A stretch of DNA of 64,000 nt from assembly GCF_009914755.1 (NCBI RefSeq), contig NC_060928.1; one strand, given 5' to 3'. Of the stretch, positions 41,202 through 57,123 are shown piece after piece. The stretch comes from the human T2T-CHM13v2.0 reference genome, Homo sapiens. The position numbers and the translations under genes were made by a program. The notes beneath the pieces were generated by a model. That model worked only from the letters and a program-made list of their open reading frames with translations. It was not told where the DNA came from and did not search any database. How positions within the stretch are numbered: the stretch's first letter is position 1; the number at the start of each line of letters is the position of its first letter.

Positions 41202-43949
41202 TGTGTCAGTTTGAGTCCATGGAGAGGCAGATGCCAAGGCAGAATTGTATGCAGAAGGGATTTACTGGGGGAGATTTGTGAATGACAAAGGGTGAAGGAT
41301 CACCAGTAAGTGGGGAGAGCAATGGTCAGACCACATCAATGGTCACATATTTGTGAAAGGAAATGGGAAGGAAGGATTCGGTGGGAAGAGCCTCAGTCCA
41401 CTGGACAGGGGTCTGAGAAAGTGAGTCCAGCTGATGCAAGCCCCTGAGTGGAAGGTCCTCAAAAGTGTCCTGCACGAGGAGAAATGGGCCAGAACCAGCA
41501 TCACTGTCAGGTTCAGTCATTGGCAGGGATGAATCTGAAGGGAGCTTCGTTTCAGCATTCACAGCGGCTGCAGCTGGGTGGCCTGTTGGTCACCCACACT
41601 CCTGCAGCTGGGGCTCCTGGAGGCAGATCCAGCAGGGGACGTCCACAGCCACAGAAGTACATCCCGGTGGAGCACAGACCCACTTCTCCATGTGGGTTCC
41701 TAAGTCCCTCCTCTAGCTGGGGCAGTTTAGACTTGTGTCCAGTAGTTCCTGAAATGCGTGGGTGTTTCCCTTCCCCCAGGACACAATCTCCCTACAGATG
41801 GCTATAGGTACCTTGGGAGGGGACTGGAGAAATACTACAGGGTGTACTGGCTGCAGTGCTGCAGAGTCCTTGTTCCTAGCAAATTGGTTACCTCTTCACT
41901 CCATGGGCTGGTTTTACAGTTGGTCTCAGGGCCTGGGACTGAGCCAGGGATCATGGCATTTTATTAGACTGACCGCTTCCATTTCCTCCTCCTCTCTTCT
42001 TGCTTTTTTGTTGTTGTTATTTGCATATAGATGCCAATAGCATTCTTGTTAACTGACCACCTATTTTACTCCGAGGGACATCATATTCTATTAACTATTC
42101 CCACTACTGCAGATCAAATCCCCTTGGTTGCCCCTATGATCTTGACCATCATTACAGTAATCACATCCCCTGGCTTCTGGCTAGTAAATGCTACCACCTG
42201 CATCTCTTACTTCAAGGCTCCATCATCCCCAGGACATTAACAAGCCCATCTGAGATCACCCCTCCAACTCTCAGCCTTGGCCTACAGAGGAGAGCCACCG
42301 CTTGATGTCTTAGTGAAGTTCTTAGTAGTGTATCCTTGATGTCCTTAGCAAATGGTGTTTCCCCTGATTTCCTCTGGAATATAATATGTGGTGGGTCTTA
42401 TGGCCTCATATAATACATTGATTCATCAGGCCCATCCCTCCAGCCCCTTTATTTCTTCTTCCACCACCCTCCAAGGCAACTCAAACATTTCCACTTTGCT
42501 TAACTTGGGCCAACTTAGTTATGTTTGTGCCATATCCCCTGGGGTCCATGCCAGGGCGTTAAATCCCATATCCTAAAAGTGTGCCACCAATTCAAAACTT
42601 TGTACATATCCAGGCTTAAGTTCGGGCCTTCTGTTGAAGTATTCTCCAAATACAACCCTAGTGGCATCCATCTGACTCCTGCTGGTGCACGCAGGGTAAT
42701 TCTTATAGCTGCTTTGGCATGTGCTCTCTCTCCTCCCATGTCAGACTGAGCACGTCCCAGTTGACTTATATTAGGGTTTAACCCTAGTTATCAATCAGGT
42801 TGCAGGGGAAGGGAGTGGGGGTATCCACTGGAGGTAGGAGGCACCTGCCTTGAGGTCTATGCAACGTAGTCTAGCCCAGCAGAAGTGCTAGCTCTTATTG
42901 AAAATGACAAGTGAGTCATACGCTGTGAGGGTCCAGAGGGTTTTGAACCTTAGACCCTTAAGATTTCCACTTACATGTTCCTTTTCCACATTTCAGGGAC
43001 CAAGGTTTTTGCTTCCAAGGCCCTAAGCTTAGCATAACAGACCTGTCTTGGCTCAGCATTTAACTGTCTATGGAACGGTGTGACTCTGTCAAGTCCTGAA
43101 TTTGCTTTTCTATTGCAGGAAATAAGAGCCTCTCTATACACCATCTAAGTGCTCCTTTGGCTCTACACTCTCCTTTTTATAATATATTTTAATCCCTCAA
43201 TAGGGCATTTACACAACTTAACTATAACCAGCTGATTCTACCCTTCTTATAAGCATGGTGTATGCCATATGTTCCCAATACCTGAACATTACATTTGCAA
43301 ATGGGGTCCCTCCATCAAGATATTGTCCTAAAACACTACCAATGAAATATTCAGGAACTAGGATGCCATATTATGCTAGGGTCTATCTGTGCTGCATATC
43401 TGTATGGATGGCATGGTCTTAGCCAGCCAGTCAGTCACACAGGCGGTAACCAATCCCCATCTCACCGGCTGCTTTCTCAGATCGTTTCTGATTTACAGGT
43501 TAGTTCATGTTCCCTGAGAAATGGAAACTGAGACAGGACTGTGAGATTTATTGTTTGAAACACCTGTGAAGGGGCAAAGGGAAGTAAGCCAGAAGGGCAG
43601 GGAGAACGTTCAGACTGTGATGCAGGTCTGGCACCTATGATGAGAGAGGGAGCAGGAAGAAGACTGCATAAGAGGAGTCTCAGATTGTAGCACTGGTCTA
43701 TGAATGCTTTGCCAAGGCAAATGGCAAGTTGTCCAGCCAGTGTCACCATTGGAGGTATCCGACATTCCATGAGCCAGAACTACAGTCTCCACTCTATTTG
43801 CCCCAGTCATTGGCTCTGAGCAGCTCTGGGGAAGCCTGCCCTCGGCACACACATGGTGGAGGAGCGAAAGGTGTACCAGCCAAGGCTGTCATTCAGCTAC
43901 TTCTTCCCCAAGCAAATGACCTGAACAGCACATTGTCATGGCTTCCTCA
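41202..43949 (-). mobile_element. ERVL provirus remnant (ERV3-16A3-like internal region with LTR16-family LTRs at about 41202-41653 and 43498-43949)
   Basis: Two related LTRs in the same orientation (tgtgaa..aaaggg, cagac.., cagtcattggc) flank about 1.85 kb whose minus strand begins tctgagaaagcag..gatgggg and contains HERV-L gag-like caggtggtagcatttactagccagaagccaggg. Confidence 0.72.
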
Positions 43950-44399
43950 TTTACTCCTTGGGATGGACATTTTATAAAATGTGGTGGGAAGATCCTCTTT
44001 CCAAAATTGTGTCAGAGTCAAACAACATGATCAGAGGAAAAGCTGCTTTTTGTCCTGCCACAAAAAGTTCCAATCCTATTGGTGCATCTCAAGAATGTCA
44101 TCATCCTACACACTGGAGAGCAGCACCTGGCCCAAGGAGCCTATTTGTAAGGCCTGTAATTATGCAAGCACATTGTATTTATCTATTTTATGCATGATGA
44201 GACTGAGTAATGGGAAGGGAGGAGAGCAGGACACATGCAGAAGTACGACATGTTTTTATGTAGATGTCAAAGCCATGTTTGGCTATTGGCTATTCATGTG
44301 GAAGTGGTGGGAGTTTATTGTAAGACCTGTTAAATAAGAGAGACATTGTATTCCTTCTCTACTTACAGCTCATCATTAACTAGCTAAGAAGATTCAAGG

Positions 44400-44620
44400 A
44401 AGCAAAAGTGCTACTTGTTAAAAACCTATTTTGTGCCAGGGATATCATTAGATAATTTTTCAAGTATTTTTGCTTTGAAATATCATAAGGTATCATAAGA
44501 GGTACATGTTAGCATCATTCAACAAATGAAGAAATAGAGATGAAAAGAGATGAAGTGACCTATCTGAACTCCCCTACCATGTAAATGGCAATACACAAGG
44601 AATTAAACAGCTTAGTTTTC
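44400..44620 (-). mobile_element. MIR
   Basis: acctattttgtgccagg..acaaatgaagaaatagag..gaagtgacct. Confidence 0.6.
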
Positions 44621-44725
44621 ACTAGTGTTTATATTACATGGAATTTGTATATGCATAATGTGGTCAGTTACTTGCAATCATGAAGTATTAAAACATACCG
44701 AAATATCAGCAATCATTTTATCTAT

Positions 44726-44949
44726 CAGGAGTTGGCAAACTTTTTCAGTAAAGGGCCATGCAGTAAATATTTTAGCCTCTGTGGAACTGACAGTCTCTGT
44801 CATAACTACCCAACTCTGATGTTGTAATGCAAAGACAGCCACAGACAAAAATGTAGATGAATAGATATGGCTGTGTTCCAAAAACAACTGTATTTACACA
44901 ACTAGGCAGCAGGCTGGTTGGCTCAAGGGCCATAGTTTGCTTACCTCTG
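44726..44949. mobile_element. MER58A hAT-Charlie MITE
   Basis: caggagttggcaaactttttcagtaaagggcca ... gggccatagtttgcttacctctg TIRs. Confidence 0.88.
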
Positions 44950-45589
44950 CTTTAGATTAAAAAGTAAATAAAACTAAAACTAAATCCACTATGGTTCAGC
45001 AAGTTTAAATAACTTGTCCATGATCACATTTATTAGAAATTACTTGCAAAGCCAATACTAAAATCGGGGTTTTCCTCCCAGAGTATGAGGATTTCACTGC
45101 ACCAAACTTTTCATCTAGGATTTTCAATTCTGTGGTAGGAAAGCAGATACTTGAGGAGAAAGAGGAAAAAGAGACGAGAGTAAAAAGCAGGGTATAGAGC
45201 CTTGAATGCCACACTAAGAAGGCATTGGAGACACACTGCAGGTTTACAGCAGTTTGGCAATGATTGATTGGGAATGTTCGAAGCCAGACATAGAAGGATA
45301 CATTCTAGATGTGTCTGCAGCAGTGTGGATGGTGACCCCGAATAGTGAGCAGTCAGAAGGGACTGTGTGGTGGCTTAATGCAGTAGGATACAGATGGCAT
45401 AGCAGGGGAAGAAACTGTGGATATTGCTGACTGATTGGGGGCAGGGATACAGGGTTTGCCTGGAGAGGGGTAAGCAGCAGGATGGGCACAGTGGAGAGAG
45501 AGAACTGTGGCCACTTGTCTGCATGACAGATACAATGGCAGCTCCATGAACAAAACAGAAAATTAAAAGTTGCTGAGCTGGAGGAAAAC

Positions 45590-45797
45590 TACATGGCTGC
45601 TTTCTTGTGTTATCCTCATGTGGGCCAAGAGAAAAATATCTTTCTCTTGTTTCTTTTTATAAGAGCGCTGATTCCATTCCTGTGAGCACGACCCTCATGA
45701 ACTAATTATCTTCCTGAGCCCCACCTCCTAATACCATCCCACTGAAGGATAAGATTTCAACACGCAAACCTTGGAGAGACACAAACAGTCCGTAGCA
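45590..45797 (-). mobile_element. MLT1A-like LTR fragment following an L2 piece (about 45190-45590)
   Basis: gaccctcatgaactaatt..ccccacctcctaataccatc..cagtccgtagca. Confidence 0.7.
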
Positions 45798-46619
45798 GCT
45801 GGGATCCACACCCACGCAGTCTAATCGAAGAGCCTGCAGGCCCTCCTTATATATTTTTTTTCTTGTATTGAGTGTTTCACATTTCATTCTTTGACGGGAT
45901 CAATTACAGTACATTTCAGACAGTTTGTTATATATGCTTCCCTTCTGGGGAAGAAAGGTCACATTCCTTCCCACCCCTCTGAGTCCACTGCCCCTTCACA
46001 CTTCACCCTATTCTTCTGCCAACCCTGTCCACCCTCTTGAGGAGGGGTCTCTCAAAGTTTCACTATGAAAGGGGGGCAGATGCAGGCCTTGATTTGCAAC
46101 CATACTCCCTCGTGGTTCCAGTGTAGTATAGCAGCACTATCACCTGCTGGTCTTTGGATGGAATTTAATTCAGACACTGCTTTGGATAATTGTAATTCAA
46201 GTGAGTGGTTCTTATTCAAGTCCGGGGGGCAAACAGTTCTATGAGTGTAGCAACATCTTATTTTCATGGTATCACTAGCACCTAGCACAGTCCCAGGTTC
46301 TGGGAAATAAGAGATGCTGAATAAATCTTTGTTAAATGGACAAGCATATGGATGAGTGATTCTCAAACAGCATAAGTATTATAACAGATACAAAATGCAA
46401 TCAAAACACAGGACCATCCAATTCATTCCATTTCCCAGGGGAAGGGTAGAAAAGAAATATTGAATAATAAAATAAAGTAACTTTAGAGTTGGATGTTCAA
46501 AAATGAATAAGTGTTAATGAGATGAGAACTGTATTCTAGAATCCTATAAATGTGTACCTCATGCAATTAGAAGGTGAGAGAAAGCAAGAGCAACAGGGTG
46601 ACTTGCATCTACTCTATAG

Positions 46620-46850
46620 TGAATATTTGCAGGTGCCAGCTTAATCCTCATCATAGCCCTTTGAGATGGGTTTTCAAATCCTTTCAGTTTTGACAACAGG
46701 GAAACTGAGGCTTACAGAAGCAAAGCCATTTTTCCAGGGTTGTGCCGTTGGTACAGAGCAAAGCTGATCTTTGAATCCAGCTGAGTCTGACTTCAAAATA
46801 TATATATATATAAAAATATGTGTATGTATATGTATATATACATATACACA
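46620..46850 (-). mobile_element. MIR followed by a (TA/TG)n repeat
   Basis: ttaatcctca..gggaaactgaggcttacagaag..gagtctgacttcaaa. Confidence 0.65.
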
Positions 46851-47582
46851 CAGAGTTTGAGGTTCCAACTGAATGCAGCAAGAAGTTTGTTTGGGGACCT
46901 AATCAGAGACAAAAGTAGGAAAATAAATCATTGTAACTCTGCAGCAGTTCTCAAATGCTGTTTTCCTTGAGAATTTGTGTGATGAAGTCACAAAATGGGA
47001 GATTCTATCTGAAGTTTGAGTTATTACAAAAGCTTTTATAAGACAGAAGCCATTTGCATCACACTTCAAAAAGTTAATAGGCCTTCATGTCTCCGGAAAC
47101 TACCAGAATTTGCATAGCAATGGCTGGTGGCTGACTTAAGCAAAGTTTATGATGCCTTGGCCCCAGGTTTCCCAGCTTTCCCTGAAGATCACTGGCTAAA
47201 AGCAGATTAGAGAATGGCAAGCTAGCCCTCCAAACACAGCCAGCCCACCTGCCTCTCCGATAGGCAGTCATCAGACAGCAAGACCTTAATCTGCTTTAGA
47301 AAAAAAAAAAAAAGTGTGGCCTAAACAGATTGGCATTTGCCTTTAAAGAAAATTGGAAAGAAATGGCTCTTCAGGCCACACTAACTGGGCATGCAATGCA
47401 TTTGCCCCTATGTACATCCCCACATCTCAGGGCTAATGTGGGAATTTCTATTTTGTGGGCTAGCCCTTGTGCGGCTCTGGCTGGGGTTCTCTTTCTCCAC
47501 TCTGACCTGGGCACCCTGTCTGTTCTGTGTGCAACCTACACTTTCACCTGGCAGCCATTTGTCCAGATGGCTTTCCCATTCA

Positions 47583-47945
<363 letters not shown>

Positions 47946-48572
47946 TAGGTCGTGGCTCTCATTCCCACTGCACTTCAGACACCCTGAGAACAGAATGAAA
48001 AACAGAAACCAAGTGCTTAAGGGTCAAGAGTTTGTGCAAGACCATAGACCTTCACAGTTCTTTCTTTCAAAGGACACATAGCTTAATAAGAGGAGAGAAA
48101 TTTAATGACAAATAAGGGTACACAGTGCTAATCAAAGTCCTTTAGTCAAAAACACTCTAACACGTTGGATAAAGGAGCCTGTCCGTAGTAGCCTCTCTTC
48201 CTGCAGCCAACATTAAAACTGCTTCCTCAGAGGAAGAGGATAAATAAGTGCCAGACAGTCAGTCCTTTGAACTTCAGCCAATATAAATATCATGCCGCTG
48301 TCATGAAAATAAACTTATTTGCTTAATCCACTTCCTCTTGATAATAAACAACTTAGCCCAAGGCCTAGTGTATAGAGTTATGTTTAGCACTAGCAGAGAA
48401 GCTGGTAAAAAAACTTTCTCTCTCAAGAAATAATCTCCATACATTTCCTAGGGAAGTTCTGTTTTGCGTGTGTGTAATCTTGGGAGGAGCTCTGAAAGCA
48501 TCCAGTTCAGCTCTTCATCTAATGAGACATTTTTCTCAGACCTTCACTACACACTAAAGAGAAGGAAAGATG

Positions 48573-48663
48573 TGAAGCCAGGAGGCGGCGGTTGTAGTGA
48601 GCCGAGATCGCGCCACTGCACTCCAGCCTGGGCGACAGAGTGAGACTCCGTCTCAAAAAAAAA
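48573..48663 (+). mobile_element. Severely 5'-truncated Alu (last ~80 nt plus poly(A))
   Basis: gagccgagatcgcgccactgcactccagcctgggcgacagagtgagactccgtctc; perfect 17-bp TSD aaagagaaggaaagatg. Confidence 0.93.
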
Positions 48664-49004
48664 AAAGAGAAGGAAAGATGGAAGGGACTAGAAAATCCTG
48701 AGAAAAGACCCAACGCCTCACATATTTGATGTCCAAAAGGACATCCAGAAGAATAGGTACTCTTATTCTGTCCTCTAACTGGATCTCACCTGTCCAGTCC
48801 AATCTTTGTTTCTTGTTCTCTCACGATGTAGAGGCTTTACCACACAACGCATTCTGAAATAAGCAGTAATCCCTCAGGCCCTGCGTGAAAACAAAAACTG
48901 GTTTGTAAATCTGAGTCAAGAGATAATTATTGTTTGAACACACACAATGAGGACCTATGTAAAAATGGAAAGCAAGCTTGTCTTTGACACATCTCAGTGG
49001 AAAA

Positions 49005-49205
49005 CAGCATCATGTTATGAAACAAGTATGGGCTTTGGGGTCAGAGAAACTTAAGTTGGTTGTTTGCCTTCTTATTACATTGACTCGGTCAATCATTTAA
49101 ATTTTCTAAACCTTGGGTCCTTGTTTGTAAGAGGAGAATAATAAGTTCAGCTTATGAAGTTATTGGGAGCTTTGAGTGAAATGCTGTAGTAGCTGCTTAT
49201 AAATG
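49005..49205 (+). mobile_element. MIR
   Basis: gggctttggggtcaga..tttaaattttctaaacctt..tttgtaag. Confidence 0.6.
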
Positions 49206-50229
49206 CGATTTCTTTCCTCCCTTCCCCTGGTATGCTTGTTTCCTTGACCCTCCCTCTGAGTGTGCGTATACAAGCTTTTCCATTTTCTCCTAAAACCAAC
49301 AAATTAGGAGAAAAGGGTGTTTTCTCAGGCAGGAGTCATTTTACTTTGTGTGCAAAAGTCTCCAAGGTTCAGTCCCTGTGGAGCAAATCATCCCTCTGAG
49401 TTTGGGAATGGCTTTATGCAACAGAGGCGTGTGAGATGGCTTTTAGAAATCTAGTGGCTGCAAGGTGGAAAATGGCCAGCTTCATGGCCCCACTCCCTGC
49501 TTCCTGTCACTTGAGCCTGTGCAGATTCCCCACACCTACAATTAGCAACTGGCGGCCTTTAAAAGCGCCTCGCCTCACTGTGCTTTTTACCTGTCTCTCA
49601 CGGGAGACCTAAATGTGCTGTGACGCTAATAAACCTGGAATTATTCCATTTTATCAAGTTGTCGGCTGACAGTGAGGATGAGAAATCATGAAAAACCAAC
49701 CACCACATTATTCGTTATCTTTGGGACCAGCTTGAAGGGTCTGACCATCTCCTTGGCTGTGCTTTACATTCCTAACGTAAGCATCAAATGGACTTTAGTT
49801 TTCGTGTATTTCTTTTTTCATTTTACTATTGAGTTTAATTATTGTATCTACCATTATAAAAATGCTTGCTTTTGATGGGTGTGTTAGTCTCATATTGGCA
49901 CTTTATTATGCTTCTTTGCTAAGTCAATTTCAGGTGTGTTGGATTTCACTATCTGAAATCAAAGTGTACGTTTTGCACATATCCATATTATTTCAGTGTA
50001 TCCCTCAATTCTGAACATCAGCAATATAATGCCGCATGAAACAATCCTTTATCTCTCTCTAATACAATTGTCCCTGTGAACAGTGATCCACAGTATATAT
50101 GTGTTCTGTTCTATCCTTAGCCCGATGACCTCTGTCTCCCCAGGAGCAGCCTTCTCGTCATTGGCATCAGTGCAATACTGAATGACAGATTAGAGAGAGG
50201 ATCTTCAGAGATTATTACTGCGATTCTCA

Positions 50230-50590
50230 AGTAACAGCATGGCTGGGAAACACCAACCCTGGTCCCATACTGCCTACGTTTACATTAATGCCACCACTTT
50301 GTGGCTGTGCAACAATGGGCAAGTTATTGAATCTTCTTTTTCATCACTTGTGATATGAAGAAAACATTATATCTACTTCCAAAGATTGTTGGGAAGAATT
50401 AACAAGCTATGCACTTTCATTGTAAAAGTGCCTGGATCAAAGGACTCACTCAATACGTGCTAATAGCTATTTTTTAATTTGCACGTAAGAAGACTGAGGT
50501 TCACCAAGGGCAAGATATCTCCTCCAAAGTCACATTACAAATTAGGGGATGAATCCATACTAAGAAATAGGTTTCTAAATAATCACTTTT
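50230..50590. mobile_element. Two MIRs, plus strand then minus strand
   Basis: atgggcaagttattgaatct..; agaagactgaggttcacc..aaagtcaca. Confidence 0.6.
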
Positions 50591-51202
50591 TAACCATTCT
50601 CCATTTGTCTGTGACACTTCACTTACAATCTAAAATATCCTTTGCCCTTATGAACTTCACAAAATAATCCTTCATCCTGAAAATAAATATATCTCTGCTC
50701 CAGCTATATTTGGGTATATTGGTTATAATCTTAAAGAGAACAAAGTCCAGTGGTAAATATTGATGAGGAAACAGAGTTTTCTACACCTTGTGGCTGGTGT
50801 TATAACAAAATATGAAAATGGAAGTCCCAGTAAGGACTGTAGTGGTTCCTTCCACCTGAATAGGTCAATGTGGGAATGGCACTGAAAGAGTCACAGAAGA
50901 GATGACACATAAATCCTCGTGAATAATGTGTCTGAGTTCGACAGAAGGAAAATAATATGGTCAGGGAAGGGCATTGTGAATCTACTCATTATTCATGCAT
51001 GCATGAATGCAAAAAATATTTATTGAACATTACAATTATCCCACTAGGACAGGCTACCTTCATCTTTTATTTGAGTTACTGCAATTTCTCCCTTAACTCG
51101 TCTCCCTTCATACAAACCTTACTCCTAGCTTATAAACAGAGGGATGTTTTGAAAATGCAAATTTAATCACAATATAATCAAACCCACATACAAGGGATGA
51201 TC

Positions 51203-51251
51203 TCCCTTCCCTCCCCTCCCCTCCCCTCCCCTCTCCCTCCCTTCCCTTCCC
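51203..51251. repeat. (CCCCT/CCCTT)n polypyrimidine tract
   Basis: Direct reading of the sequence. Confidence 0.85.
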
Positions 51252-51298
51252 ATTTGATACCACTGCTCAAATTCCTAAGTTCAAAATGTCCTACATTC

Positions 51299-52214
51299 GG
51301 GGGAGGAGCCAAGATGGCCGAATAGCAACAGCTCCGGTCTACAGCTCCCAGCGTGACCAACACAGAAGACGGGTGATTTCTGCATTTCCATCTGAGGTAC
51401 CGGGTTCATCTCACTAGGGAGTGCCAGACTGTGCTCACTAGTGGGCGCAGGCCAGTGGGTGCGCGCACGGTGTGCGAGCCGAAGCAGGGTGAGGCATTGC
51501 CTCACCTGGGAAGCGCAAGGGGTCAGGGAGTTCCCTTTCCCAGTCAAAGAAAGGGGTGACGGATGCACCTGGAAAATCGGGTCACTCCCACCCGAATATT
51601 GCGCTTTTCAGACCGGCTTAAAAAACGGCGCACCACGAGACTATATCCCACACCTGGCTTGGAGGGTCCTACACCCACGGAATCTCGCTGATTGCTAGCA
51701 CAGCAGTCTGAGATCAAACTGCAAGGCAGCAGCCAGGCTGGGGGAGGGGCGCCCGCCATTGCCCAGGCTTGATTAGGTAAACAAAGCAGCCAGGAAGCTC
51801 GAACTGGGTGGAGCCCACCACAGCTCAAGGAGGCCTGCCTGCCTCTGTAGGCTCCACCTCTGGGGGCAGGGCACAGACAAACAAAAAGACAGCAGTAACC
51901 TCTGCAGACTTAAATGTCCCTGTCTGACAGCTTTGAAGAGAGCAGTGGTTCTCCCAGCACGCAGCTGGAGATCTGAGAACTGGCAGACTGCCTCTTCAAG
52001 TGGGTCCCTGACCCCTGACCCCCGAGCAGCCTAACTGGGAGGCACCCCCGAGCAGGCGCACACTGACACCTCACACGGCAGGGTATTCCAACAGACCTGC
52101 AGCTGAGGGTCCTGCCTGTTAGAAGGAAAACTAACAAACAGAAAGGACATCCACACCAAAAACCCATCTGTACATCACCATCATCAAAGACCAAAAGTAG
52201 AGAAAACCACAAAG
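51299..52214 (+). promoter_or_regulatory. L1 5'UTR internal sense and antisense promoter
   Basis: YY1 site caagatggcc intact; many CpGs retained; short form lacking the 129-bp ZNF93-bound segment. Confidence 0.85.
51544..51759 (-). CDS. L1 ORF0 (71 aa), intact
   Basis: MAGAPPPAWLLPCSLISDCCASNQRDSVGVGP..RFSRCIRHPFL; ATG at 51759, 216 nt including the stop. Confidence 0.85.
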   Translation of the reverse strand: MAGAPPPAWLLPCSLISDCCASNQRDSVGVGPSKPGVGYSLVVRRFLSRSEKRNIRVGVTRFSRCIRHPFL

Positions 52215-53231
52215 ATGGGGAAAAAACAGAACAGAAAAACTGGAAGCTCTAAAAATCAGAGCACATCTACTCCTCCAAAGGAACGCAGCTCCTCACCAGC
52301 AACAGAACAAAGCTGGATGGAGAATGACTTTGACGAGCTGAGAGAAGAAGGCTTCAGACGATCAAATTACTCTGAGCTACGGGAGGACATTCAAACCAAA
52401 GGCAAAGAAGTTGAAAACTTTGAAAAAAATTTAGAAGAATGTATAACTAGAATAACCAATACAGAGAAGTGCTTAAAGGAGCTGATGGAGCTGAAAACCA
52501 AGGCTCGAGAACTACGTGAAGAATGCAGAAGCCTCAGGAGCCAATGCGATCAACTGGAAGAAAGGGTGTCAGCAATGGAAGATAAAATGAATGAAATGAA
52601 GCGAGAAGGGAAGTTTAGAGAAAAAAGAATAGAAAGAAATGAGCAAAGCCTCCAAGAAATATGGGACTATGTGAAAAGACCAAATCTACGTCTGATTGGT
52701 GTACCTGAAAGTGATGGGGAGAATGGAACCAAGTTGGAAAACACTCTGCAGGATATTATCCAGGAAAACTTCCCCAATCTAGCAAGGCAGGCCAACGTTC
52801 AGATCCAGGAAATACAGAGAACGCCACAAAGATACTCCTCGAGAAGAGCAACTCCAAGACACATAATTGTCAGATTCACCAAAGTTGAAATGAAGGAAAA
52901 AATGTTAAGGGCAGCCAGAGAGAAAGGTCGGGTTACCCTCAAAGGGAAGCCCATCAGACTAACAGCAGATCTCTCAGCAGAAACCCTACAAGCCAGAAGA
53001 GAGTGGGGGCCAATATTCAACATTCTTAAAGAAAAGAATTTTCAACCCAGAATTTCATATCCAGCCAAGCTAAGCTTCATAAGTGAAGGAGAAATAAAAT
53101 ACTTTACAGACAAGCAAATGCTGAGAGATTTTGTGACCACCAGACCTGCCCTAAAAGAGCTCCTGAGGGAAGCGCTAAACATGGAAAGGAACAACCAGTA
53201 CCAGCCGCTGCAAAATCATGCCAAAACGTAA
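52215..53231 (+). CDS. L1 ORF1p RNA-binding protein, intact 338 aa
   Basis: MGKKQNRK..; coiled coil, REKG, ARR and YPAKLS motifs all present. Confidence 0.95.
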   Translation: MGKKQNRKTGSSKNQSTSTPPKERSSSPATEQSWMENDFDELREEGFRRSNYSELREDIQTKGKEVENFEKNLEECITRITNTEKCLKELMELKTKARELREECRSLRSQCDQLEERVSAMEDKMNEMKREGKFREKRIERNEQSLQEIWDYVKRPNLRLIGVPESDGENGTKLENTLQDIIQENFPNLARQANVQIQEIQRTPQRYSSRRATPRHIIVRFTKVEMKEKMLRAAREKGRVTLKGKPIRLTADLSAETLQARREWGPIFNILKEKNFQPRISYPAKLSFISEGEIKYFTDKQMLRDFVTTRPALKELLREALNMERNNQYQPLQNHAKT

Positions 53232-53294
53232 AGACCATCGAGACTAGGAAGAAACTGCATCAACTAACGAGCAAGATAACCAGCTAACATCATA

Positions 53295-57123
<3,829 letters not shown>

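Noticed and set aside
49283-49314. 11-bp stem hairpin ttttctcctaa/ttaggagaaaa
   Set aside because: Short and AT-rich with a 10-nt loop; could be chance, and bacterial terminator logic does not apply
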